DNA of 64,000 bases, from NCBI GenBank assembly GCA_963731405.1, contig CAVSVS010000018.1, positions 14,704-78,703 on the forward strand. Reading direction: 5' to 3'. The notes under the pieces were generated by a model. That model was not told the origin of the DNA, did not search any database, and saw nothing but the letters and a program-made list of their open reading frames with translations. Source of the stretch: an uncultured Acidobacteriaceae bacterium (GTDB taxonomy: Bacteria > Acidobacteriota > Terriglobia > Terriglobales > Acidobacteriaceae). The position numbers and the translations under genes were made by a program. Shown one piece after another: positions 36,696-46,094 of the stretch (position 1 is the first letter of the stretch; each line of letters begins with the position of its first letter).

Positions 36696-38021
36696 TCAGT
36701 GCGCGGAGGGGAGAGATTCTTTCACTACTGCGCCGCCTTTCATTACCCATTGGACATGTTGTAGCTGCGTGATGTCGGTGAGCGGGTCGCCTTCTACGGC
36801 GATCACGTCGGCGTAGTGGGCTGGTTCAAGCGCGCCTACTTTGTCTTCCCATCCCATCAATTCGGCGGCGTTCATGGTGGCGGCGCGGATCGCTTCCAGC
36901 GGGGGCATGCCGCGCTTGGTCAGGGCGATGAGTTCGTTTGCGTTCTTGCCTTGTCCTTCGGCTTCGGCGGCATCGAAGCCGGCCGCGATTTTCACGCCTA
37001 GACTCATTGCCATTTGAATTTTCTGCCGGCTGCCTTGCAGGAAGGTGTCGATATGTTTCTGCTGCTCGGGAGTCACGGGATCATTTTTCTGGCGCTCGAT
37101 GACGGCATCAATCACGCCGACTGTGGGGACCAGGAAGGTGCCCTTCGATTTCATCAACTCCAGGTCGGCGCGGTCGATGCGGTGGCCGTGTTCGATGGAA
37201 TCGACTCCGGCGGTGACAGCGTTCTTGATGCCTTCGGCGGTGGTGGCGTGGGAGGCGACTTTGAGTCCCTGTTTATGGGCTTCTTCGACGATGACGTGGA
37301 TTTCGTCGACGGTGAGCGTGGGATGGCTCCAGTCGGCGTAGACTTTGATGAGGTCGGCGCCGTGGCCAATTTGTTCGCGGACGGCGCGGCGGGCCTCTTC
37401 GACGCCGCTGACCATCTGAGCTCCGGTGGGAAAATTCGTGAGGTCTGGAGAAACGCCAAACGGGTTGTACTGACCAACAGCCGCGATGGCGCGGGTAGAC
37501 ACCTGCATGCGAGGGCCTTCGGCGAGTCCCTGATTAATGGCATCGCGCAGGGCAACATCGGCGTAGCCGGAGCCTTCGCTCTCGACGTCGCGGATGGTGG
37601 TGTACCCGGCTTGCAGCGTGATGCGGGCGTTGTAGGCACCTTCGAGGGCACGGAAGGCCTGCGATTTGGTGGCGAGATTAAGGATGTAGCCGTCGTCGCC
37701 TTCGGGGATGCGCGCCATGATGTGAGTGTGGCAATCGATGAGCCCGGGGAGAAGCGTGACGCGACCGAGATCAATGACCTTGGCGGCTTTGGGCGCGTGC
37801 GATTGGATGTCGGAGGCTTTGCCGACTTCCTTGATGCGATCGCCTTCGATCCAGAGTGCGGCGTTTTCGAGATAGACGCCTTTGCGGACGTCGAGGAGGC
37901 GGGCGGCTTTCAGGACGGTGGAGGCCGAAGGCGTCGGTGCGGGATTTTGTGCCAGGGCGACCAGGGGGAGCGTGAGGAGGGCGACGACGGCTGCGTGCTT
38001 CATGGGCCTCTTTGTTACCAC
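36696..38021 (-). CDS. Amidohydrolase family metallo-hydrolase, secreted
   Basis: 441 aa with a signal peptide. It contains LPGLIDCHTHI, VASHATTAEG and the metal-ligand pattern GFDA. Confidence 0.9.
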   Translation of the reverse strand: MVTKRPMKHAAVVALLTLPLVALAQNPAPTPSASTVLKAARLLDVRKGVYLENAALWIEGDRIKEVGKASDIQSHAPKAAKVIDLGRVTLLPGLIDCHTHIMARIPEGDDGYILNLATKSQAFRALEGAYNARITLQAGYTTIRDVESEGSGYADVALRDAINQGLAEGPRMQVSTRAIAAVGQYNPFGVSPDLTNFPTGAQMVSGVEEARRAVREQIGHGADLIKVYADWSHPTLTVDEIHVIVEEAHKQGLKVASHATTAEGIKNAVTAGVDSIEHGHRIDRADLELMKSKGTFLVPTVGVIDAVIERQKNDPVTPEQQKHIDTFLQGSRQKIQMAMSLGVKIAAGFDAAEAEGQGKNANELIALTKRGMPPLEAIRAATMNAAELMGWEDKVGALEPAHYADVIAVEGDPLTDITQLQHVQWVMKGGAVVKESLPSAH

Positions 38022-38055
38022 AGTCGGGAGGACCGTACAAGCGGTGTGGGGTAAG

Positions 38056-38544
38056 TCAGGAACTCATCTTGGGCTGACTCAAGGCGGCGAGTGTGGCTTT
38101 TGTTGCTCGGAGGTAGTCGGCGGGAGCTAGCAGGATTTGGAGGCCGCGTTGGCCGGCTGAGATCGAGATCACCTCGAAGAGCTCGATGGTTTCGTCGACA
38201 TATACGGGGAAGTCACGCTTGGCGGCCAGGGCGGTGACTCCTCCTCGGATGTATCCGGTGAGCGATTGCAATTCTTTTACGGGAACCAGCTGAATTTTTC
38301 TTTCGCCTGTGGCGGTTGCCAAGGCTTTCAAATCCAATTCTTGATCTCCGGGAATCACGGCCATGGAGACGCCTTTGCGGTCGCCGCGAGCTACCAGGGT
38401 TTTAAAGACCTGCTCTGGAGGTAATCCGATCTTCGCCGCCGCCGTTTCCGCGGCCAGGTCGTTGGGATTGACTTCGTATGCGCGGAGTTCGTATCGAATT
38501 CCGAGTTGGTCGAGGAGTCGGGCGGCGTTGGTTTTGGCAGGCAC
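38056..38544 (-). CDS. ybaK: Cys-tRNA(Pro)/Cys-tRNA(Cys) deacylase YbaK
   Basis: 162 aa with a GTG start. [20 protein letters not shown]...[12 protein letters not shown]...[10 protein letters not shown]...ISAGQRGLQ is typical YbaK. Confidence 0.9.
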   Translation of the reverse strand: MPAKTNAARLLDQLGIRYELRAYEVNPNDLAAETAAAKIGLPPEQVFKTLVARGDRKGVSMAVIPGDQELDLKALATATGERKIQLVPVKELQSLTGYIRGGVTALAAKRDFPVYVDETIELFEVISISAGQRGLQILLAPADYLRATKATLAALSQPKMSS

Positions 38545-38546
38545 GT

Positions 38547-38627
38547 GTCAGTGGCCAGTAGTCAGTCAGGGGGCAGTTAGTCAGGCTGGTCGATTTTGCT
38601 GACTCCTGACTCCTGGCTACTGACTCC
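38547..38627. repeat. Inverted array of TCAG-type heptad-like units forming a long imperfect hairpin
   Basis: The left arm is GTCAGTGGCCAGTAGTCAGTCAGG...GTCAGG. The right arm is CTGACTCCTGACTCCTGGCTACTGACTCC. The reverse complement of the right-arm end matches the left-arm start at 17 of 19 positions. Confidence 0.6.
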
Positions 38628-38632
38628 TTTTT

Positions 38633-39403
38633 CTACGCTTCAAGTTTCAACTCGTCGAGCTCGAGAAATTCCTGGATGATCGGTTCGGGACATTTTTCCA
38701 TCTGGGCGTAGGTGCCGAAGAAGATGGCGCGGCCCTCGTGCAGGAAGACGACACGCTCGGCCAGTTTCTTGGCGAGGCGCATGTCGTGCGTGACCACGAT
38801 GCTGGTCAGGTTCAGTTGAATCTTGAGGCGTTTAATGAGGTCGCCGAGCAGCTGCGCCATGAGGGGATCGACCATCGTGGTCGGCTCGTCGTAGAGGACG
38901 CATTCGGGGCGCGCGGCCAGGGCGCGCGCGATGGCGACGGAACGCTTCATGCCGGTGGAGAGGTCGGAGGGGAGCAGGTCGCGCATTTCCTGCACGCCGA
39001 CCATTTGCAGTAGTCCGTCGACGATCTGGTAGATCTGCTCTTCGCTGAGCTCGCGGCTTTCGCGCAGCGGGAAGGCGACGTTTTCGCCGACGGTGAGAGA
39101 GTCGAAGAGAGCTCCGTTCTGAAAGACCATGGTGACTTTCTTGCGGATGAGTTCCAGTTGCTCTTCGGTGTAGTCGGTGATGTCCTCGCCGGCGACGATG
39201 ACACGGCCGGAGTCGGGCTTCAGAAATCCCATGATGTGATGCAGGGAGACGGATTTACCGACGCCGCTGCGTCCGAGAATGCAGACGGTTTCGGCGGGGA
39301 GGACGTTGAAAGAGACGTGATCGAGGACGACGTTGTCGCCGAAGGCCTTGGAGACGTCGCGGAATTCGATGTAGGGGGCGGCGGGTTTGGGGTCGTCGGG
39401 CAT
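38633..39403 (-). CDS. ABC transporter ATP-binding protein, MlaF/Ttg2A-like, with no adjacent permease
   Basis: The motifs are Walker A GRSGVGKS, FQNGALFDSLTVGENVAFPLRE, signature LSTGMKRSVAIARAL and Walker B VLYDEP. Confidence 0.9.
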   Translation of the reverse strand: MPDDPKPAAPYIEFRDVSKAFGDNVVLDHVSFNVLPAETVCILGRSGVGKSVSLHHIMGFLKPDSGRVIVAGEDITDYTEEQLELIRKKVTMVFQNGALFDSLTVGENVAFPLRESRELSEEQIYQIVDGLLQMVGVQEMRDLLPSDLSTGMKRSVAIARALAARPECVLYDEPTTMVDPLMAQLLGDLIKRLKIQLNLTSIVVTHDMRLAKKLAERVVFLHEGRAIFFGTYAQMEKCPEPIIQEFLELDELKLEA

Positions 39404-39409
39404 GAGGCG

Positions 39410-39435
39410 GCTTCTAGCTGCTAGCTTCTAGCTTA
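39410..39435. repeat. Heptanucleotide tandem repeat (CTKCTAG, about 3.5 copies)
   Basis: The sequence G CTTCTAG CTGCTAG CTTCTAG CTTA lies immediately upstream of the ABC ATPase start codon. Confidence 0.6.
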
Positions 39436-39512
39436 ATCCCTAGTCGTTCTGCGAAGAATTCTACGACGAGCCCGTCGATGAGCGTAGTGGGAATTTCTCC
39501 AAAGTTGACGGG

Positions 39513-39905
39513 CTACTTCTCGAAGCGGTCGCCGTATTCATTGGACATCAGCTTATCGACTTTCATAACGACTTTGACTGAAACTGCCTTCCCGTCACGT
39601 ACCCTGAGCTTTTCGCAGCGAGGGGCGAATCCGGTCGACGCAATGAAGAGATCGTAAAAGCCGGACGGCAGTTCGCCCTTGGCCTCCCCTTCTGAGTTTG
39701 TGCGTAGCTCCATGTTGAAGGGCTTCGGGTTTTCCCGCTCAAGCGCGTCTGAATGGAGCAACACCAATGCCTTTCCTATCATCGCACCTAGCTGATCGGT
39801 TAGCCGAACCGTCAAGGCGGAGGGTTGAAGTTGGGCGGGTTTGGCTGTCTGTGCGAGCGACGGTAGGCTTAGCAGTGCGGCAAAGATGCAAGAAGCAGTG
39901 CGCAT
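39513..39905 (-). CDS. Secreted carboxypeptidase-regulatory-like domain protein
   Basis: 130 aa with a signal peptide. The motif SEGEAKGELPSGFYDLFIASTGFAP is typical of CarboxypepD_reg-like beta-sandwiches. Confidence 0.6.
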   Translation of the reverse strand: MRTASCIFAALLSLPSLAQTAKPAQLQPSALTVRLTDQLGAMIGKALVLLHSDALERENPKPFNMELRTNSEGEAKGELPSGFYDLFIASTGFAPRCEKLRVRDGKAVSVKVVMKVDKLMSNEYGDRFEK

Positions 39906-40042
39906 AGTTTTGTTTCATTCTAAAAAGAAATGACGACTCTGGATTTGGTAACTGTTGTCATCAGTGATTTCACCAGCGAGCCTAAGGAAAACAGGTTTGC
40001 TTCGGGGTAGATGAGCGCTCTGGCGAGTCTCTCGCCAACCAT

Positions 40043-40642
40043 TCAAGAACGTTCTTCGCCGTAGAAGCCCCGTCCTAGATTCCACACAATTCCGTAGACA
40101 GCAAAGAACAGCACAAAGCCGAGCAAGACAGCCATTTTCCCCTGACCTCGGCTAAAACTGCGAGCCCGCATTATCCAAGCATGAACAACGACAAGATGAG
40201 TGGCAGACGAGATCACCAACGACATCCAGAACCCGATCTTTCGCCACAAGATGCTGCCAGCGACGGCGATGGAGACTGACGCGAACATGACATGCACGGC
40301 TGCTTCCTGCCAATCGGGCTTCATGTGATATCGACTGGATAATGCAAGGTATGCGAACGACACCAGAGCCATCACTATCAGAGCCCAGAGCAGGTCTACC
40401 CACGAACTTCGGTCTCTCCGAGTGCCTAGTAGTGTCCGGCGTCGCCTCTTTGCCTCACGCTGCTCTTCGGGCTTGACGAGTTGCTCATATTTGGCCTGGT
40501 CGGATTCCTTGAGATTGCGCCGCCGCAATTCGGCGTCTAAGGCGGCCGCCGCGTCCGTCGTTAATGAGGCCCGATCAGCTGCCAACGACAGAAGCTCGTC
40601 AGCACTCCGCCTAGAGTATTCGGTGAAGAAATCGTTAGACAT
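40043..40642 (-). CDS. Hypothetical membrane protein
   Basis: 199 aa. It has a charged helical N-terminus followed by four hydrophobic helices. Confidence 0.6.
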   Translation of the reverse strand: MSNDFFTEYSRRSADELLSLAADRASLTTDAAAALDAELRRRNLKESDQAKYEQLVKPEEQREAKRRRRTLLGTRRDRSSWVDLLWALIVMALVSFAYLALSSRYHMKPDWQEAAVHVMFASVSIAVAGSILWRKIGFWMSLVISSATHLVVVHAWIMRARSFSRGQGKMAVLLGFVLFFAVYGIVWNLGRGFYGEERS

Positions 40643-40735
40643 TCGTCACCACATACTAGCCCAGAAATAAATTAAAGGACGAAAGTTGTGAGCCGGCCGC
40701 AGGCCTTCTTGACGCCGGAACGGACTGCTTTTCGT

Positions 40736-41353
40736 TCAATGAGAGCACTTTTTTTCGCTCGCCTTGGCCAGTTCCTCGCGTGTATTCAGATTGCGAAACA
40801 TTGTTTGTGAGAAGCCTGCCGCTTTCAATTCTTCTTCCGTGATCGTTTGGGTGTTGGCGGTGAAGAGGGAGTCAATTTTGTAGTGGCCTGCACACAGGGC
40901 TTTGTCGGCCAGATCTGCGAATTGGCGGCGGTAGATGGCGCTGAGGGGTTGGTAGCCTCCGGCGGTTTGCACGACGGTGACGACTGCTGTATTCCTGCGC
41001 GCGCGCTCGAGCATGTACTCCAAGAGCGCAGTGGATACGAAGGGGACGTCCACGGCGAGGATCAGATTTAGGTCTGTCGAGGAGGAGCGCAGGGCCGCGT
41101 GGATTCCGCCTAAGGGGCCGCAGTTGGGGAAGATGTCTTCGATCACCGGGGCGTAAGAGGCGAATTTTGCGGGGTCGCCTACGATGCTCACGTTGTGTGT
41201 GACGGAACGGGCGATGTCGAGAGCTCGGGCTAGCAGAGCACGGCCTTCTAGTTCGACGAAGGCTTTATCCGTGCCCATGCGCGTGCTTTTGCCGCCGGCG
41301 AGAATGAAGGCGGAGACGTCCGGGATGGGGACGGGCATGGGGCGATGATACAT
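40736..41353 (-). CDS. mobA: Molybdenum cofactor guanylyltransferase MobA
   Basis: It contains AFILAGGKSTRMGTDKAF and DVPFVS. ATG 41351-41353 or 41336-41338 are preferred over the track start. Confidence 0.85.
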   Translation of the reverse strand: MYHRPMPVPIPDVSAFILAGGKSTRMGTDKAFVELEGRALLARALDIARSVTHNVSIVGDPAKFASYAPVIEDIFPNCGPLGGIHAALRSSSTDLNLILAVDVPFVSTALLEYMLERARRNTAVVTVVQTAGGYQPLSAIYRRQFADLADKALCAGHYKIDSLFTANTQTITEEELKAAGFSQTMFRNLNTREELAKASEKKCSH

Positions 41354-41587
41354 GGTGCAGGTAGTGGGTGAGATCCAGCGAGAAGCTAGCGGGGCCGCAT
41401 TGTTCAATCAAACTGCCTACCCGATCGCATCGTAAGACCCCAAGGCTTCCACAAGGTAAGGGCTTGCATCCATAGAATTTAGGGTCGTGTACGGGGCGGC
41501 ATGTGCACGAAAGTAACCTACCCAAAGTAAAGGCTTCGGGAGATGATGGGCCTGCATCCGAGGGTTCGGTCACCCGGACGTTATAAC

Positions 41588-42133
41588 ATGCCGCAAAAAT
41601 TCATGGATGTGCTTATGCTTGGGCGCTGCTCTCACGAGTTCTCCTGGCCGCGTCGTGGTGGCGATGGCGATTATTACCAGGTCTGCCTGCTGTGCGCCGC
41701 GGAATATAAATATGACTGGACGACCATGCGCCGAACCCAGCGCGTGGAACATGCCAAGCCCGAGACCACGGTGCGGCGCAGCCACACGCGGGAGAAGCGG
41801 CCTTCGTGGGTGCCTCGCGCACGCCGGCTGAAGCTCGATATTCCTTTGCGCTATCGCGTGAACAAGACCAGCACGTGGCATGAAGGGATCATCGAAAACA
41901 TCAGCCAGAGTGGCGTCCTGTTCAACGGGCCGCAACAGTTGCCGGTGAACGCGCTGATCGAGATGGTGTTTGAGATGCCGGAAGAAATTTCCGGCCAGAA
42001 GAACAGCAACGTCGTGTGCCAGGGGCGCGTGATGCGCGCCAAAGATGCGACCAAAGGTGAAGAAGCGCCCCCGGAAGAGCAAGAGAACGGGGCGCTGGCG
42101 GCATCGATCGTCGACTACAAGTTCATTCACTAG
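41588..42133 (+). CDS. PilZ domain protein with an N-terminal Cys/His cluster
   Basis: It has RRSHTR (RRxxxR) and NISQSG ((D/N)xSxxG) motifs. The N-terminus CSHEF...CLLC looks like a zinc ribbon. Confidence 0.75.
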   Translation: MPQKFMDVLMLGRCSHEFSWPRRGGDGDYYQVCLLCAAEYKYDWTTMRRTQRVEHAKPETTVRRSHTREKRPSWVPRARRLKLDIPLRYRVNKTSTWHEGIIENISQSGVLFNGPQQLPVNALIEMVFEMPEEISGQKNSNVVCQGRVMRAKDATKGEEAPPEEQENGALAASIVDYKFIH

Positions 42134-42331
42134 GCGAGAGTGCGCGACCGGGACGGCCCGGCTACAGCCGGCGGGACCCTTCGGCTTTGCTCAGGGCAGG
42201 CTGCCGGCGCTACGTTTTTCGCCCGCCACCGTGAATTCCTTTTGCGGTTTACATCTGCAAGAAAACTTCGCTGCATCTAAAATGTGTGCATGGGCCGGGG
42301 CGGCCCGGTGTATACGTGTCAGGAGTCGAGC

Positions 42332-43471
42332 ATGAAAATCAATTCCCTGTTGTCTTGCTTCATTTTGGCGATCGTCTTGGGCATGGCCTCGGGGTGTGCG
42401 AAGAAGCCTGACAACGCCAAAATCTCCAGCGACGTTCAAGGCAAGTTCAGCCAGGATTCCGGACTTTCCAGCAAGCAACTGGCGGTGCAGGCCGATGACG
42501 GAGTCGTGACGCTGGAGGGAACCGTCGATAATGACGCCCAGCGGGAGGTGGCGGGACGACAGGCAGCATCGGTTGCAGGAGTGAGAACGGTCGTCAATAA
42601 TCTGCGGGTTGGGGATGCTACGGCGATGGCACCGGCTGCGGTCGCTTCACCGGCGAGTGAGACCGCGTCACCAGCACAAAGCGCTAGCGCTAGCGCTCCA
42701 CCGGTTGATAAACCAAAGCCCACCGTGGCGAAGAAGAGCAGCAAGGCTCGCGGCTCTCGGGGATCGAAGACGAAGCAGGATTCCGCGGATGACGCGGATA
42801 CGAACCAGATGAGCGCGAGCAATCAGAATGCTGCCGATACGGCGGCTCAGCCAGCAGATGCCGCGCCGGAGAATTCTATGACGCAGGCCCCACCTCCTCC
42901 GCCTCCGGCGCCGAAGAATCTGATCATCGATCAGGGAACGCAGTTGACGGTGCGTTTGATCGATCCGATTGACAGCGAGAAAAATCAGACGGGTGAAACC
43001 TTTCGCGCGACGCTAAACGCTCCGCTCACCTCCGATGGAGAAGAAGCCGTACCCGCGGGTGTTGAATTGATGGGCCACTTGGTGTCGGTAAAGAGCGCGG
43101 GTAAGTTTGCAGGGCAGTCAGAAGTCGTGCTGCAACTCGACAGCCTTGCGTCGGGAGGAAAGACTTACGGCCTGCAGACGGATCAGTACAAGAAGCAAGG
43201 AAGCTCGCGCGGAAAAAATACTGCCGAGAAGGTCGGCGGGGGCGCGATCATTGGGGGCATCATCGGGGCGATTGCCGGAGGTGGCAAAGGCGCGGCGATC
43301 GGCTCGGCAGCGGGAGCCGGCGTCGGAGGCGGAGTTCAGGCGGCGACCAAAGGACAGCAGATTAAGTTGCCGTCGGAAACTGTGTTGAGCTTTACGCTAC
43401 AGGCTCCGATTACGGTGGTGCAGGCGGCTCAGGCAGACTCGAACCGGGAGAAATTGGGGAATTCGCAGTAA
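42332..43471 (+). CDS. BON-domain lipoprotein with a low-complexity linker and a C-terminal Gly-zipper
   Basis: The lipobox is LGMASGC. The BON domain is VQADDGVVTLEGTVDNDAQREVAGRQAASVAGVRTVVNNLRV. The Gly-zipper is GGGAIIGGIIGAIAGGGKGAAIGSAAGAGVGGG. The RBS is AGGAG. Confidence 0.8.
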   Translation: MKINSLLSCFILAIVLGMASGCAKKPDNAKISSDVQGKFSQDSGLSSKQLAVQADDGVVTLEGTVDNDAQREVAGRQAASVAGVRTVVNNLRVGDATAMAPAAVASPASETASPAQSASASAPPVDKPKPTVAKKSSKARGSRGSKTKQDSADDADTNQMSASNQNAADTAAQPADAAPENSMTQAPPPPPPAPKNLIIDQGTQLTVRLIDPIDSEKNQTGETFRATLNAPLTSDGEEAVPAGVELMGHLVSVKSAGKFAGQSEVVLQLDSLASGGKTYGLQTDQYKKQGSSRGKNTAEKVGGGAIIGGIIGAIAGGGKGAAIGSAAGAGVGGGVQAATKGQQIKLPSETVLSFTLQAPITVVQAAQADSNREKLGNSQ

Positions 43472-43667
43472 GGGCGGCGTGGCTTGGGTGCTCAACGAGA
43501 ATTGTGGCGATCCGCGCAAGATCCTTCGCTCCGCCTGAAGAGCGGCTCCGCTCAGGATGACACGGCTTTTTGAATGAGAGCTGCCCGCGCGGCAAAGCTT
43601 TCACTCCGACGCAAGCTGGCCATCACAATCCTTCCTGATTCGCGTACACTCCCTTCGTCGGTTTCTT

Positions 43668-44174
43668 ATGGCTCGGATCACGGCGCTGCTGCACACGGAG
43701 AATGATGCCTTGCGGTTGGGGCGTGCGCTGGAGACGGTGTACGCCTGCGATGACATTCTCGTAGTCGATCATGGCTCGCGCGACGCGACGGTGCGGGTGG
43801 CCCGCGAGTACGGAGCACACGTCGTGGACGCGGTACCCGGAGCGTCGGCGCGGGATTATCTTCGCCGAATCCACCCAGATGCGGTCGCCAATCCCGGATG
43901 GATATTGTGCCTCGCTCCCAGGGAGTCGCTGAGCGAGAAACTGGCGGCGAGCTTGTTTGAATGGAAGCTCGAATCGTCACCTGGGAAGGGCTCGGCCGGG
44001 ATTGGGTTTTCCATGTTGCTTCGAGAAGAGACGGCAGACGGTTGGGTAGAAGTGCCTCGGGCGGAGACGCGACTGGTGCCGCACACCTGGAATGATTGGA
44101 AGGGAGTGCTTCCTGTGAATGAGCCTTCGGCCATCACTCTGGAGGGAGAGTTACTGCGCTTCGCTTTTCCGTAA
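43668..44174 (+). CDS. Short glycosyltransferase family 2-like protein, possibly catalytically degenerate
   Basis: 168 aa. ITALLHTENDALRLGRALETV...ILVVDHGSRDATVRVAREYGAHVV matches the GT2 N-terminus. The position normally occupied by DxD reads WILCLAPRE. Confidence 0.65.
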   Translation: MARITALLHTENDALRLGRALETVYACDDILVVDHGSRDATVRVAREYGAHVVDAVPGASARDYLRRIHPDAVANPGWILCLAPRESLSEKLAASLFEWKLESSPGKGSAGIGFSMLLREETADGWVEVPRAETRLVPHTWNDWKGVLPVNEPSAITLEGELLRFAFP

Positions 44175-44406
44175 TCTTGTCTCGGTCCGACTGCAGATAG
44201 AGGCCGTCCAGAACGGTGAAGTACAGATTGAGACAATCGCTCCATTCCCACGCACGGACCATACCGCGCTTTACCAATCAGACCTTCCCAGCAGGCTCTT
44301 CGGGAGTCACAAATAGTTGTGATTCCAGTCACATTCCACTCTCGGACACGCGCCTAGACTGCATGGTTGTGGCTATTTTGGCCCGGAAAGGCCTAGGAGG
44401 AAGGAT

Positions 44407-44853
44407 ATGCGTGTAATGAAATTCATCAGTTTGGCTGTGATTCTAGTAGTAGTTTCGACTTTGGCCGTGGCGCAACAGGCCCCGGCGCAGACTGCACCGA
44501 CGGTCAAGCATGTTCCCATCAACAACATCCCATCGAACGCCGGGAATGACATGTTCGCGAGCTATTGCGCCGTTTGCCATGGAAAAGACGGTAAGGGTAA
44601 CGGGCCGGCAGCTTCGGCGATGAAGACTCCGCCCACCGATCTGACCACGCTGGCGCAGAAGAATGGCGGAAAGTATCCGGCATCGCATGTGGCGGCGGTG
44701 ATCCGCGGACAGGCTATGACACCGTCTCACGGCAGTCAGGATATGCCGGTGTGGGGACCACTGTTCTCGAGCATTAGCCAGGGCCACGATTCGCAGGTGC
44801 AGCAGAGAATTGCGAACCTGGTCGCTCATATCGAAGGCCTGCAGGCAAAGTAA
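44407..44853 (+). CDS. c-type cytochrome
   Basis: It has a signal peptide, the heme motif CAVCHG and a distal Met context (QDMPVWG). The RBS is GGAGGAAGG. Confidence 0.85.
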   Translation: MRVMKFISLAVILVVVSTLAVAQQAPAQTAPTVKHVPINNIPSNAGNDMFASYCAVCHGKDGKGNGPAASAMKTPPTDLTTLAQKNGGKYPASHVAAVIRGQAMTPSHGSQDMPVWGPLFSSISQGHDSQVQQRIANLVAHIEGLQAK

Positions 44854-45161
44854 GGATTCTGACGCTTGGGAGTTTTGGGAGATGATGGGCTCCGGAGCGC
44901 GATGCGCGCGCTCCGGGCCAGTCTTCAGTTTTTCGCCCACCGGGCGACCGCGCTGAAGCGGACCCGATGGAACCTGTACCGCTATTGGGAAGTTGGACGG
45001 TAAGCTCAGGATGGTCAATGTCTTACCGCCCACTGGCCGTTTGGCCAGTGACTTCAGTACCTTAGTCCCCGCCGATTGATCGACTTATAATCCAGTCAAG
45101 AAGAAGAAACATCAGCGTTCTTCCGAAGAGGCGCGCGCGGCTGCGAGTCAACGGGGAGAGC

Positions 45162-46094
45162 ATGAGAGAAAACGTGGATCCGGTCATAGCATCGTTGATC
45201 TTTTTCGCGGGGCTGGCTTTTGGCAGCTTTCTGAACGTGTGCATTCATCGACTGCCTCTGGGGCGCTCGGTGGTGACGCCACGTTCGGCCTGCCCCACCT
45301 GCAAAGAACCGATCGCGTTCTACGACAACATTCCGGTACTGAGCTGGCTGATTCTGGGCGGGCGGTGCCGGCACTGCCGGAGCAAGATTTCACCGCGCTA
45401 CCTGATGATTGAATTACTGACTGGCGTGCTGTTTCTGGCGTGCTACTGGTATTTCGGGCTGACGCTGGCCACCCTCAAGTTCTGCACCTTCGCCTTCCTG
45501 CTGTTGGGATTGATCTTCACCGACGCCGAAACCAAATTGCTACCCGACAAGTTGACCTTGCCCGGATTGGCGCTGGGCGTGATTTTCAGCGTTCTGGTTC
45601 CCGTGAATGATCTGGCGTCGCAGTTCTTGCCCGGCGTGGTCAGTTTGCCGTTCAGTGGAGACGTTTCGTTGCGAGTTCTGTCGCTGCTGGATTCTCTCCT
45701 GGGCGCAGCTCTGGGTGCGTCGTTCATATATGGTGCGGGCGCAATTTACTTGCGATGGCGCGGCAACGAAGGAATGGGCTTTGGCGACGTCAAGCTGATG
45801 GCAATGGTGGGCGCATTCCTTGGAATGAAGCTTACGATCTTCACGATTTTCACGGCGTCGCTGGCGGGCTCCTTCTTCGGACTGACAACCGTTTTCGTGG
45901 TTTGGGTGAAGCGTACGCACCGCTTTATGAAGCGACTGGCAAATGCGCAGGCGGCGAGGCGGCGCGGATGGCAATCGGCGCAAGTGGTTTATCGGAACTA
46001 TCAAATGCCCTTTGGCGTCTTTTTGGGCAGCATGGCGATGATTGCATTTTTCTTCGGTAACCGGTTCCTGCACTGGTATGGAGGCCTCTGGTGA
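45162..46094 (+). CDS. pilD: Prepilin peptidase (A24 family)
   Basis: The N-terminal Cys motif is CPTCKEPIAFYDNIPVLSWLILGGRCRHC. The catalytic Asp contexts are LIFTDAETKLLPD and GFGDVKLMAMVGAFLG. Confidence 0.9.
   Translation: MRENVDPVIASLIFFAGLAFGSFLNVCIHRLPLGRSVVTPRSACPTCKEPIAFYDNIPVLSWLILGGRCRHCRSKISPRYLMIELLTGVLFLACYWYFGLTLATLKFCTFAFLLLGLIFTDAETKLLPDKLTLPGLALGVIFSVLVPVNDLASQFLPGVVSLPFSGDVSLRVLSLLDSLLGAALGASFIYGAGAIYLRWRGNEGMGFGDVKLMAMVGAFLGMKLTIFTIFTASLAGSFFGLTTVFVVWVKRTHRFMKRLANAQAARRRGWQSAQVVYRNYQMPFGVFLGSMAMIAFFFGNRFLHWYGGLW

Noticed and set aside
37014-38054. 346-aa plus-strand ORF
   Set aside because: It is fully antisense to the well-supported amidohydrolase (36696..38021). It is Gly/Asp/Val/Ala-rich with no recognisable domain, which is a typical shadow ORF of a GC-rich gene.
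44888-44933. GC-rich hairpin (CCGGAGCGCG/CGCGCTCCGG) after the cytochrome c gene
   Set aside because: The T-run begins about 10 nt after the stem, so this is not a canonical intrinsic terminator. It is left unannotated.
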